Source: Podarcis pityusensis
Lineage: Eukaryota
Length of the DNA stretch: 64,000 bases
NCBI GenBank assembly: GCA_964106645.2
Contig: OZ067052.1
Reading direction: 5' to 3' (one strand)
A program made the position numbers and the translations under genes. A model generated the notes under the pieces. The model had not been told where the DNA came from, did not search any database, and was given only the letters and a program-made list of their open reading frames with translations. Below, piece by piece: positions 1-11,405 of this stretch (the first letter of the stretch is position 1; every line of letters starts with the position of its first letter).

Positions 1-1263
1 ACAGACTTTTAAACATGGAGCAACATCAGAATGCACAAGGCTGGCGTGATAGCGTGCATGTTGCCATCAGCACAGCAGGGAACCATCACCTCCCTCCCTA
101 CATGAAATTGATGATGTAATGATAGCTATTGGAACAAGCTGGTCAGGAGGAAAAGGATATGAAAACAAATATAGAACCAAAGGTCTAATGGGAGGCAGTC
201 TTGATGGCTACTCCAGTCTGGCTGGCATGAAGAAAACTGAAACAAGAGAGGGCTTCAAGTCCTTAATGAATCCTTGCTTAATTTCCTCTCTTAATTTCCA
301 ATTAAATAACATTAATGAAAAGCACCAGGTTTCTCAACCCTGATGGAAAATGAATTAAATGGTGAAATAGATGGGAGCGAGTGTGAATCGTCAACTTCTC
401 TGCAGCTTGTGCAACCAGTGGACACTATTCATGCAAGACAAGAGAGAGTTTTCTGCCAATTTTGACACTGCCACCTCTGATCTGGAAACAAAGGTGTTCC
501 CTGTGGATCAGGGAATGACTACAGCCACTATACCTTCTGTGGGGCATACACAAGCAAATTGCTGGACAAGGGCGTTTACGAGGACAGCCACTAAGCATCA
601 CATACATTAGAAGTTCTTTACTACACCAATACTTTATAATTAATCTTTGTACAGTGCTTAGAGTGCATGTAAATATGTCAGGTGGCATAACCACAAGTTA
701 AGATCTATAAACCCAGGTAGGATTTATAGTATATCAAATCTTGCCATATGAAGGGATCTCAGCAGCTTGTGCTGCTGTATAAACACTTCCAGCCATATTT
801 TCATTTTCATTTTGAAATTACATTCTATGAATAAGTTTCTGAAACAAGGTGTGCCCACAATACTTTTGTGAGGGTGATACCAATTGGTGCATACTTGTTG
901 AGAGGTGTAAAATTCCATTTGTTCATTAATGGTCATTCTGTGTCTACATAGTCCTTCTGATTCCTTATTCCCCTCCCTACTGTGCCATTATAAGATTTAA
1001 CAGCAAAACCCCCCACCACTCAACAACAGTAATTTTTAAAGGCTTCCTACAACTCTTCATTTTCCAGGTTTCTTTATGAGACAACACTATCCAAACCATG
1101 CTCCTTTTTTCACTGGCAACCCATTCCTTCTTACTGAAGCCTCGGAAAGCACACATTGATTTTCTGAATTTGCCCTAACACTTGCAAGCAGCAGAGCACC
1201 CAACATTCCAAAAATGCTATTTAGGGCTGGAGAGACCTGGGTTCAAATTCCCTCTTGGACATG

Positions 1264-2058
1264 TTTGAAAAATTGAAAATCAGAGTGCGAGATTGGCTCC
1301 ATTATTATCAAATAATGGAGGCATACAAGCTGGACAAAAAAGTTGGTTTCCAGGTGGAAAAATAAAAATTGGCAACAGAATTGTTAGATCCAAAAATCAA
1401 GAATTTGTCAAGAATGTATAGCTTGCTGTTGAAATGGAACACTCAGGATGAAATGGTGAAATCAGCTATGATTAAATGGGCACAAGATGTTGGACATAAC
1501 ATGATGATGGCTGACTGGGAACAGTTATGGACCACAGGTATAAAATTCACGGCATGTAATGTCCTAAGAGAAAATTTAATGAAAATGATTTATAGGTGGT
1601 ACATGACACCAGTCAAGCTTGCAAAAATTTATCATTTGCCCGACAATAAATGTTGGAAATGTAATGAGACTGAAGGTACATTCTTTCACCTTTGGTGGAC
1701 GTGCCCAAAGATTAAGACATTCTGGGAGATGATCTATAACGAAATGAAAAAGGTATTTAAATATACCTTTCTGAAGAAACCAGAGGCCTTTCTCCTGGGC
1801 ATGGTTGGCCAATTGGTGTCAAAGAAGGATAGAACTTTTTTTATGTATGCAACAACAGCAACAAGAATACTCATCGCGAAGTATTGGAAGACACAAGATT
1901 TACCCACCCGGGAAGAATGGCAGATGAAGTTGATGGACTATATGGAATTGGCGGAAATGACTGGCAGAATCCGAGACCAGGGAGAAGAGTTGGTGGAAGA
2001 AGACTGGAAGAAGTTTAAAGACTATTTACAGAAATACTGTAAAATTAATGAATGTTAG
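1264..2058 (+). pseudogene. L1 ORF2 C-terminal remnant (zf-RVT-type CCHC region)
   Basis: CWKCNETEGTFFHLWWTC = CX2CX8HX4C. The frame is open from 1264 apart from one TAA at 1363-1365. No endonuclease or RT domain remains. Confidence 0.88.
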
Positions 2059-2444
2059 GAAAATGTTGGAATGAAGTTATATGGCTTTAGTAGAAATGTT
2101 ATAAGGAATTAAGTATAAATAGATTAATAGAGTATTAAAGGGAAAAATAAGGTTAGAATGTGTTAAGATAATTAAAGGATAGAAAGCAGAGGAAGATGGA
2201 AAGGAATTGCTGAAACAATTAACAGAAGTGGAATACAAAAAGGGAGGTGTGAGGAGGTCATTGAAATAAGTGAATGAAAGATAAGATATTGAAACTGTTT
2301 GATGTGTTTTAAACTGTTTTTGTTTTGTTTTGTTAGTTTAATGTGTTAGTGTTATGTACTGTTTTTGTATTGTATTGTATTGTGTGTTTTTTTGTAGTGT
2401 TTAAATTGTTGGAAAAGTAATAAATATTATTTAAAAAACAAAAA
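1264..2444 (+). mobile_element. 5'-truncated L1-clade LINE with 19-20 bp TSD
   Basis: (C)AAATTCCCTCTTGGACATG is duplicated at 1244-1263 and 2445-2464. AATAAA at 2419-2424 precedes an A-rich tail. T-rich 3'UTR. Contains an ORF2 C-terminus. Confidence 0.92.
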
Positions 2445-3406
2445 CAAATTCCCTCTTGGACATGAAGCTTCCTGGATAGCCTCCGACAACAAGGCATGGT
2501 ACCTCAACCCAAGCTACTTCACAGGTTTGTTGCAAGAAGATCAGGAGGCTGGAAAGGGGGAATTGGGTGTAAAATATTTTTTAAAAAATAAATAAATGGA
2601 TTCTTTTGGTACATATTCTATAAATAGCTTGGTTTAATTTTAAAAATACTTATGATTTTTTTAAAAAAAAAATGATAGAAACAATGACCAATAATCCTGT
2701 GTATACCACATGTGCACAGCTCCTTGGAGGATGGTCAAGGTGGGAAAGCGTTAAATTTTCAGTGACTGTTAAATGGAACCAAGGGTCACTTGAAGGTATG
2801 TGCAAGACCTGTGATTTAGCAGCAGAATTTGGAAGGCAAGAAAGAACTCAGTCACAAGCAACTTAAGGCTACTGCTAAATTAGGCAGTGGAACTGCCTCT
2901 TCTAAATCCATTTGTTGGTAAACTTCTGCAGGATCTTTCTTTAATTTTTTTTAAAATGCATGACTTTGTTTTGCTTGAGCCAGACAGCAATAAACAAACA
3001 ACGGCAGCAATTCTTAATCATCTTTATATAGTGTAGATAAAAACGTCAATTAGAATTTCAGAGGTCGGCTACAGAAGTGAATTCCTGGCATCCGTACAGA
3101 ACAATGAAAGGCTATTTTTCTCCTTAGAAAAACATTATCCTGAGCCGGAGCTTAGACAATATCTCACCAACAACATCATTCCTGTCTCCTTCAATAAACA
3201 GAGTGATTACACCAACTGGCCATACCTAGACAATTACTTTTATTTATCAAGATTTGCTGGAAGCCAAATTCCTCGTCTTTCTTTAAAAGCAAAATCCAAA
3301 GGAAGGGAGGGAGGGTGGGTGGGTGATGATGTGGGGCAGAGAGAGATTGCTGAAGGGTTACACCACTAAACTAAGTTGAAATTCCCTTTTACGGTATCTG
3401 AGACAC

Positions 3407-3408
<2 letters not shown>

Positions 3409-3443
<35 letters not shown>
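3409..3443. repeat. (CA)n microsatellite
   Basis: Direct read. Confidence 0.98.
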
Positions 3444-3445
<2 letters not shown>

Positions 3446-3587
3446 ACCCAGTAGAATCAGGGCTTGTCTGAACAAGCGTTCCTAGTTTGCTTAAAGTGTA
3501 ACTGCTGAGAATGAGCAGAAAGTAGGTAGGAGATAGTCAATAATAAGTGCCTGGGTGAGAAACGAGTGCAGCAGGGTAGAAAGGGAG

Positions 3588-3813
3588 GGTTGTATCCAAT
3601 GCTGTGTGAGCAGTCTCGCTTGTGCAATGGCACTTCCTCTTCTGTCCCGGTGTGCCCCCAAAATCTGCTCCAGAGATTCTCCCAACTTTCCGGATCAGTT
3701 TTTGCCGGGAGTGGGGGCGGGGGGAGCTGCTGCATGGGAGAGCAGAGGAGGGGGAAGTTCTGTTGCAGAAGTGGAAGTCTGCTGTGTGAGTGGAACAGCA
3801 ACATTCCATACCA
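3588..3813. mobile_element. Decayed palindromic MITE (TGTATCCAA-terminus family)
   Basis: Starts GGTTGTATCCAA and has imperfect internal inverted arms. Same terminus as 15107-15433. Confidence 0.45.
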
Positions 3814-3936
3814 ATCTAGAATCTGGGACCACCAAACTTGCAAGGCTTTTTCCTCATGACCAGGACCCTGCTGCCTGATCCTCCCTGCATCCCTACAGCA
3901 TCAAGACCTCCACCTACCTTTCGCCTGACTATTCCT

Positions 3937-3997
3937 GGGGGTTGGACTAGATGACCCTCGTGGTCACCTCCCACTATGCAATTCTATAATTCTATGA
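3937..3997 (+). mobile_element. CR1-type 3' tail fragment
   Basis: GGGGTTGGACTAGATGACCCTC...ATTCTATAATTCTATG (CR1 terminal octamer repeats). Confidence 0.8.
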
Positions 3998-5126
3998 ATA
4001 ATAAAGTCCTTTGTGAGGACCTGATGAGACTTAAATTGAGAGGATTTCAATCTGTGTACAGCCACCCTGTATGGTGAACTACCACATGACATATGTTGCA
4101 GCATGTTTCTGGGCAGTGAAGCGCCACCACGGCCACTGGATCCTCCTGGAGAGAGATATAATAGGACTTCCTGTTCCAATCAATGAAATCTTTCCTGAGT
4201 CTGGTGTGGTTCTATGTTCTGTGACTGTCCTTCAGTCCTCACTTTGGGCTTAATCTATGATCCTGCCTCCTGGTTTGTCCGTCTGCTCCTTGAACCCGCA
4301 CCCTGGTTTTCACCCATCCTGATTACTGGGCCTCCCGATTCCTCACTCACCTCACAGCAAGAACCCCTTCACGCTGCCTCCCACCTTCTTAGATGCCCTG
4401 TGAAAAGCAAGAATGGCTCTTGGGGCAAACAGCCTTTCTGCCAGTGTATGGGCCTGGGCGAGAGCTGGACACTGCCAGCCTCCGAAGCCAGCCTGGCTCA
4501 CCTGCTCAGCAAGAGCCCTCGTGCCTTTTGGAGCTCTCTTACCTAATGAAGTTAGAAGGACATCATCTTGAGAGATCCTTTCCAGCCCGCAAGATCAATA
4601 ACTACTGCTGGGTTTAAGATCTTATCTAGGAGGCTGCAAGGATAACAAAATAAAACTTTCCCCCCATTCCAATTACTTAATCCTTTCAAGATTGATCCTG
4701 GTACTTTTAAAAGGGGCTCAATCAACTTTTTAGAGAGAGTCAAGAGAACTCTTTTAATACGCTATTTAACCCCACCCCAACTCTTTTTTGGGGTGGGGTG
4801 AGGGATTATAAACAGAAAAACAGCCTATGAACACTTTATCACAGTCTTGTACAGAATAACCAGCCTGCTTGCCTGCCTACACTCTCCTAGTTGTCAGATG
4901 GGTGTTTTGAGTGGTGGGCCTGACAAGTTCCTGACCCAGAAGGAATCATTATTTGCTCCAGGTGAGTGGGCAGCTGCTAGGCTAAACTATACTTATCAAC
5001 AGAGCTAAACTCTATCCTTAACTCCCAAATTACAGAGGAAACAATACCGCAGGCAGTTCTCCTGTCAACCACCAATGTACCAAACAAGCCTTGTGCAGGA
5101 AAACTGACTGGTGGATTGTGTCCCTT

Positions 5127-5220
5127 GTCTGAAATCCTGAAGAGCCATCATGCCTGTCAGTTCTGAGCTAGATGGACCAGTGATCTAGTTCAGCATAAAG
5201 CAGCTCCCTAGATTCCTATG
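5127..5220 (+). mobile_element. 3' part of SINE/CR1 element (gagctagatggacc...gcagctccctagattcctatg tail)
   Basis: Same tail type as the minus-strand element at ~27717-27900. Confidence 0.55.
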
Positions 5221-5469
5221 TATAACTTCAACAGAGCACTATTCATTCTGGTACATCAAATGGAGCACCGGGAACTTTCCCTTTCATAGGGATACCCCCT
5301 TCTTCCTTTTATATGAATGCAGTATGTAGAATTTCACATCTATACAAGCAGAAACAAGTTTTTGCATTCATTGGATCTATTCTTCCTTTGGCAAATGCTG
5401 CTCTGACTGAGAAAGCTATTGACAACCCACTGCAATCTACCACGTTAGACTGCTCTTTCTATAAAAAGC

Positions 5470-5635
5470 TCAGGGTGGCATGCATGAGCCCACCTTTAAT
5501 CCTCACAGCAGCCTGGTGAGGTAGGTCTGCCTGAGAATGTATGATTGACCTCAAATCACTGAATGAGCTTTGTGGGTTGGTAGGAATTTGAATTGGGGTC
5601 TCGCTAGTCTAAGTCCAACACTCCAACCACCACAT
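5470..5635 (-). mobile_element. Decayed Squam3/CORE-type tRNA SINE
   Basis: cctcacagcagcctggtgaggtagg core; reverse-complement A and B boxes near 5585-5635. Confidence 0.6.
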
Positions 5636-6030
5636 CAGAGGTGGGGAAACTGTTTTGGCCCAAGGGTTGCATGCCTCTGGTAGGCATGGCCAAGACAAAA
5701 ATGTGGGGTGGCCACAGACACACATACATCACACACCCACACACCCCTCCCTCTCTGACTGTGACGTTTACAGCAGGAGTGAGGACTGCAATTCACAGAG
5801 AGGGGTGGGTTAACTCTTCCTTCTCCAGCTGTGAGCCCCCCATCCCCCACCAAAACCCAGCTGAACACACTACAATTAAGCTGGGGAAAGCTTTAAACTG
5901 GCTACAATAGAAGGCTGATTTCCAAGCTCAACTGCATGGCGAGGGAGCAGGAAGGAGATGCTACAGGCCAGACTGGCATGCCCCTTGGGGGAGCACCCAG
6001 CCTGGTGACTGTCAGTTCTCTACCATGGTA
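5636..6030. mobile_element. Decayed non-autonomous hAT element
   Basis: CAGAGGTGGGGAAAC...GGCCC start and a degenerate GTTCTCTACCATGG end. Confidence 0.4.
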
Positions 6031-6312
6031 CTGCAACACACTAGTTCTCATTTAGATATGGGCAAGAGAGCGCAGCATGTTGTTTGCACGTGAGTGCACA
6101 ATTATGATTGGAGCGGTTGAAATATTGCCAATGGCAACATGGTGTTGGACTCTATCATTAATGGAGCTGGGGTGGAATCCGACCAGGATTAGAGCCCTGT
6201 CGATGGAAGGGCTTAATGCAGCTTCTGCCAACAAGCTGCCTATTGACAAAAACTGCATTAAGCCAGCTGAAGCTTGTTTGGAGAGCAGGCATGTAAAAAG
6301 CCTTAGGGAAGC

Positions 6313-7477
6313 TGTAACGGACAGCTGAGCTAGGCCAGAGTCTGTGGATGCAGTGCCTCAGGATTCCACCAGAGGGCTGGAGCCTCTCTCTGATTGGTAG
6401 AGTGGGGTGGAGTCAGCACTTTGGGAGTGGATATAAAAGGAGCCGTTCCCAAGATAGTTGGGAGATAGTTGAGAGAGAGCTTAGCAGAGAGTTTAAGGGA
6501 AAGAGCTGGAAGGAGAGTTAGAGAGTTGGTTCTGAGGTGCGTGTAACATCCACTCTCATCCACATCTACAGTCAAGAGAAAGGAGTTTCTGAGCTTAGAT
6601 AGAATGACAGTTTGTAGTGTCTTGTGAGAGCATTCAGACAAGAGTTAACAGACAAGAGGGCTGAGTTTGGGCAAGGAGAAGTAGAGCTGTGAGGATACAC
6701 TCTACTTTGGTCTCATTTTGGTCAGGAAGGGAGTGATCTTCTAAAAAGGGAAGAATCCCAAACCAGTTAAGAAGGGTTTGGTGATCCCCTGGATCTGTAA
6801 TACTGCGAGATGTACCTCAGGAGTGAGATTCATACCAGGCTGGGAAACTGACAGAAAGTACCACCTTGTTAAAAACCCAAGTAACAAGCTGTAACACCGC
6901 AACAATTAAGTCTAAGGAATTGAAGTGAAACAATGTGAAAGAACCTAAGCATTTACCATCTAGTGGTGTAGCGTGGGGGGTGCAGGGGGGGCCGGCCGCA
7001 ATGGGCGCAACATCGGGGGGGGCGCGCTCACACTTGCAGCTCTCTGCCCCCTGCTAAAATCCATGGGTTAGGGGGCTCAAATTACTTGCCTTGCCCCGGG
7101 TGCTGACAACCCACGCTACGCCACTGATCTAGTCTAGAAACCTGTAACATCTAACTGAAGAGTAATAATTGAAAATATGCAACTGAACTTTGAAAGAAGC
7201 TGTGTGTTTGCTAACTTTTCAGAAGCTTGTAACATCCACTAAAATTAATATAATTAGAATTGACTGTTTCCTGAAAGAGCTTTATCACCTGACGCATCAT
7301 TTGTTCTACCAGCTTTATTATGTAAAATAAATCTTTCTTATTTGTTCAACTTCTGCCTGAGTCTCCAAGTATTAAAGTTTTATCTCACACAAAACCACAA
7401 GTTAACCTATGGAGGTTATAGAATTGTATGGAGATGCGATCCGCTGTAACTGGTAACCAGTGCTGGGATCCGTTTCA
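6313..7477 (+). mobile_element. LTR (probably Gypsy/Ty3) followed by a PBS; internal coding region absent
   Basis: TG...CA termini with an 8/9 inverted repeat (TGTAACGGA / TCCGTTTCA). ATTGG at 6393, TATAAAA at 6432-6438, AATAAA at 7326-7331. TGG begins 2 nt after the terminal CA. Confidence 0.75.
6961..7126. mobile_element. hAT (Tip100-like) MITE nested in the LTR
   Basis: TIRs TAGTGGTGTAGCGTGGG / CCCACGCTACGCCACTG (15/17). GC- and CpG-rich, so probably young. Confidence 0.85.
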
Positions 7478-7479
7478 AT

Positions 7480-7497
7480 TGGTGATAGTGGTAGGAT
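7480..7497 (+). promoter_or_regulatory. Primer binding site, tRNA-Leu-like
   Basis: TGGTGATAGTGGTAGGAT versus TGGTGGCAGCGGTGGGAT (complement of the tRNA-Leu 3' end, recalled): 14/18, all differences are transitions. Confidence 0.65.
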
Positions 7498-10400
7498 TCA
7501 CATCAGTAGCCTACCGAAGCTGATAGGCTGAAGAAAAGTTATTCTTCCTGGTTTTCTGGGGGTTGGGGTTGGAGGGGACAGTGTAAAACAGCAGTCAAAG
7601 GTGCTGGTGTACTGAAGTATGACTCAATAACCCACAAGATGCGGTTGGTGCAGGGCAATGTGAATGTTAGGGAGGCAAAGCAAAGGAGCAGCTAGAATCC
7701 TGCTTCCCAAACACACACGTATCATAGCACATCACACCCAAAAAAACATGTTTTGTTAACAGTAGGGTTAAAAAAATAGCACTGAGGTATGTGGAAGAGG
7801 GAGACAGTGAAACTGAGTAACTGTATGCACCAAGGAGGGGATGATTCTGCCCCCAAATAGATGCTATGGATTGAAATTTAAAATGCGCCTCCTTTCCAAG
7901 CCCTGGACAAAAACGACAAGTCTGTGCCAAACATCCCCAAGGACCTGTCCTTTTCATATATCTTGACAAGGCCAGCATATTTGGCCCTGCTGGTAGGAAT
8001 GGATCCGAACTGGTTCCCCAGGCAACACTTTGATAAAGGCGCTGTGTCTCCACGGGTCTCTTGCAGAAGCTAGCAAGCGCACGCCTAACTTCTTCTTGCA
8101 GTCCTCAGAGGGATGAGCCTAGTCTAACCAGCAGGTCCTGTTGCGCAGACATGGCTAGGCCTGTTCCTTACGGACAGCTCCTGCCCCACTGAATTCTCCG
8201 TTTCTCCTGAATGAATTCCTTGTCCTTGTTTCTCTGAATCTTTCAAATGCAGCTCACATAACAATGCTAAACGTGCACAGAGACACTGCCGAGACCAGTC
8301 GTAAAGTGAGGCTATAAAACAAACCAGAGTCAATAAAAGTCCTCAAAATCCACACCTGCCTTGCTTCCAAGCAAAAGAGCTTTTGCCAGTTTACCTTAGA
8401 GGTCTCTGTTGATGTCAAAAGTGTCCTCTGTAGAAGCAGCCCTAATCGACAGTCGTTAACTCTGTGCTAGATAAGATAAACGGAAAGATGTTTTGACAGG
8501 AGAATCTGCCCTCGGATGGCTTGTCACTCATGTTTGCACCTGATAACACCAGGTTTCCCAAACACCTTTTTCTACTTCCCTCTGGATCCTGCATTTGTTG
8601 CAGTTCACTCTAAGAATTAAACAAAAAACATAACATTTACATGCTTCTCGTCGAAGATGTAGTGGCTTGGAGTGGTGTGACAGCAGCACTGGCAGAACGT
8701 GTCTGCCTCCGTGTGCACATGAAAAAGGGGACTTCATTAGGATCACATTGAAATAAATACAGAAATGGCAGTGATCAACTTGGTTGTGCAGGAGAAGAGA
8801 AGAGCCTGAATCTCAGGAACTGCATACTGCTAACAAGTCACTTTTGAACTTGTTGACCAGAAAAAGCCTGGCCTGGACTCCAACCCCTTATTCCAATCTC
8901 TTGGTGGGAACAAAGGAACTCAGAATGAGAAAAAGAAATTAGACAGCAAGCACAGGTATCCCTTTGGGTTGGGTTTTAACCTAGCGGTCCTGGGGATTGT
9001 GAGCCAAAGACAGGGAGAAAAGTAGTATTCTATCAGGCTGCCTAGGAAGAAAGAGGCTATGGAAGAAGCAGGGAGAACCAGAAGCAATAGCAAAGGCTGT
9101 GGCTCTTAGCTGTTAGCTATTCACCCCCTGCATTTCCAGTGTCTCTGAAAGGTACTGTGAACATGGGGGGAGCTAGATGCAATGATGCCAAAAATGCACA
9201 CAGAATCATGTAGCTGATAAGAGGGTAGGGTTGGTGTTCACAGCATGGGAAAGCAGCTAACTGGACATGCCCATGGTGTGCTTTCAAATTGGCTCCACCT
9301 TCATTTTCTAGCACACTGGTGGGAACTGCATTCTGATACGTAGAGAATACTATCACAATGTCCTGTTTCCGCACAAGTGCACAAATTAAGTAAATATCCC
9401 CACTATGGGCTGATGCCAGAACCTGCATTTGTCACAGAATATGCCTACTTCAGACCTTACCTATTCTCAGTGATCAGAACAGCAACACAATTGGCAGTAA
9501 TCACAGCATGACCATACTTTTATCGTTTGTTTTGTATCCAATTTACAATGTATTCGATAATCTTTATCTAGTTTCGTCCTTGTAGAATGCACACACAGGT
9601 ATTTAAATTCTACTCGCTCCATGAGACGAAGAGAAGCGATTCCAATTGACCCCAAACACCTCAATATAGTCTGGAATTAATTTATAAAATAATTTGCTGC
9701 CAACTATCTTTTATTATTACAATTCAGTTCTAAAACTTTGATATATACATCTCCTGTAGCGCACTCCCTAGTTCATATCAACCTTTTCTCCTCTACCAGC
9801 ATCAAGGCAGTTCAGCATCAAAAGAGATGAGACCCTCTTAAATCTAGTCCCACCCACCCCCTCTTTAAGTTAGGCGGCTAACATGCACAGTGCACAAACA
9901 TGTTTGCTTCCCCCCTCCCTCCCCTTCTCTCTCTGACACATCTTTAAAACATTTCCACATTCCTTTTTTCTTTCTTACATTTTACCTAGCAGAATAGAGC
10001 ATTACACTTACAGCAACCCTATGAGGTAGGTCACAATCGGTCTCATTTTATTGGGGATGGGGGGAAGGAGATGGGAGTTCTGGGAAGCATAATTTGAAAT
10101 GCAAACATTTAAGAGAATACTAAGCTAATCATTTTTACTCCAGTTTTCTGAGCTCCCAGTTCTGCCATGACAGTGGAAGGTGAGGTAAGGCTTTCCTCTC
10201 ACCAGCTGTTTGGCGTTGTAGGAAATGGGGTTTGGCTACTGTCCTCATGCGAAATTTCCTGGGCTTGTAACAGACCCTGATTTTACTCGAAGGCTCTAAA
10301 CTTTTGTTTGGCAGATTCCCTAAACAAATTCACTACACACATTACTCCAAGAAGCTGACACATTTGTGGCTTATAAGACAATCGGAACAGCCATTGGCGA

Positions 10401-10796
10401 AATGCCTTCCTCTTCTCAGAGTATAAACACTAAGCAATTCAGTGCTTGAGAAATCGATGGGACAACTCTCGGGAGCTCTGTTTCCAATTGGAAACAGAAA
10501 CCATAAACTATATCTGCCTCCGCCTCAGCCATCGGGTTTAGTGTTAAACATGGTGTGGGTGGGTGTGGCTTATATCGACATTATACCAAGAGTTTGGTAT
10601 TGAAACAATGGATTTTTTAGGCCTACTTCTCACTGAGTTGGAGAAAATCTAATGTATCTGCACTGTACTTCTCTAGGCCACATAATGAAATGCTCCTCCA
10701 AATTAGAAAATAAAGAGAGGGGGAATATTTGCACCTAGAAATATAGCAGGTCAGGGGGAAGACTGGCATTCCTACCATGTTAAATTTCTGAGTGCA

Positions 10797-10800
<4 letters not shown>

Positions 10801-10831
<31 letters not shown>
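10801..10831. repeat. (GT)n microsatellite
   Basis: Direct read. Confidence 0.98.
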
Positions 10832-10832
<1 letters not shown>

Positions 10833-11179
10833 TGCCACCATAATGAGAACAACTCTATTCTCCCCAGACAGCAGAACAGAGGTGACAGTCAGGTTACAAC
10901 ACAATCTGATCGCTGGGAGGCCTTGTGTAAACTGATGCTCCCTTGGTAAGGTAACTGACCTCCATGGGCTCTGGCTGATGTGTGCTGTATATGGAGCCAA
11001 ACAGAGGGAATGGTTGTGATATACTATGTGCAGGTCAGCCAAAGACCACATAGCTCAATTATCTTTTCCTTCTGGAAGTGCTTATATATGCTTCCTCTCC
11101 ACTTGCAGGCAAGTGAGTTGATCTGGGGGTATGATGAGTCCTTATGTAGATTCCTGAGATTCTGAACAAGGGCTTTGTC

Positions 11180-11405
11180 TGGAGTCTCTCATTTCCCACA
11201 CAGAACTACAATTCCCAGAGTGATTTAACAGTCCATCTCTCTTCCCAAGGAATAAGGATATCCTGGGGACTGTAGCTCTGTGAGATGACATGGGGTATCT
11301 CATAACTCTCAGCACCCTCAACAAGCTAGAGCTCCCAGGATTCTTTGGGAGAAGCCATAACTGTTGAAAGTGGTATGATACTGCTTCAAATGTGTGGTGC
11401 AGATG
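11180..11405. mobile_element. Decayed non-autonomous DNA-transposon-like repeat
   Basis: Repeated and inverted actacaattcccag / ctggggactgtag modules typical of squamate MITEs. Confidence 0.5.

Larger units (their letters stand above)
1225..2597 (+). mobile_element. Decayed tRNA-derived (Squam3-type) SINE split by the L1 (parts ~1225-1263 and ~2445-2597)
   Basis: B-box-like GGGTTCAAATTCC. After the L1 the element continues catgaagctt...ctcaacccaagctacttcacagg...aataaataaat, resembling the intact SINE at 54560. Confidence 0.6.
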
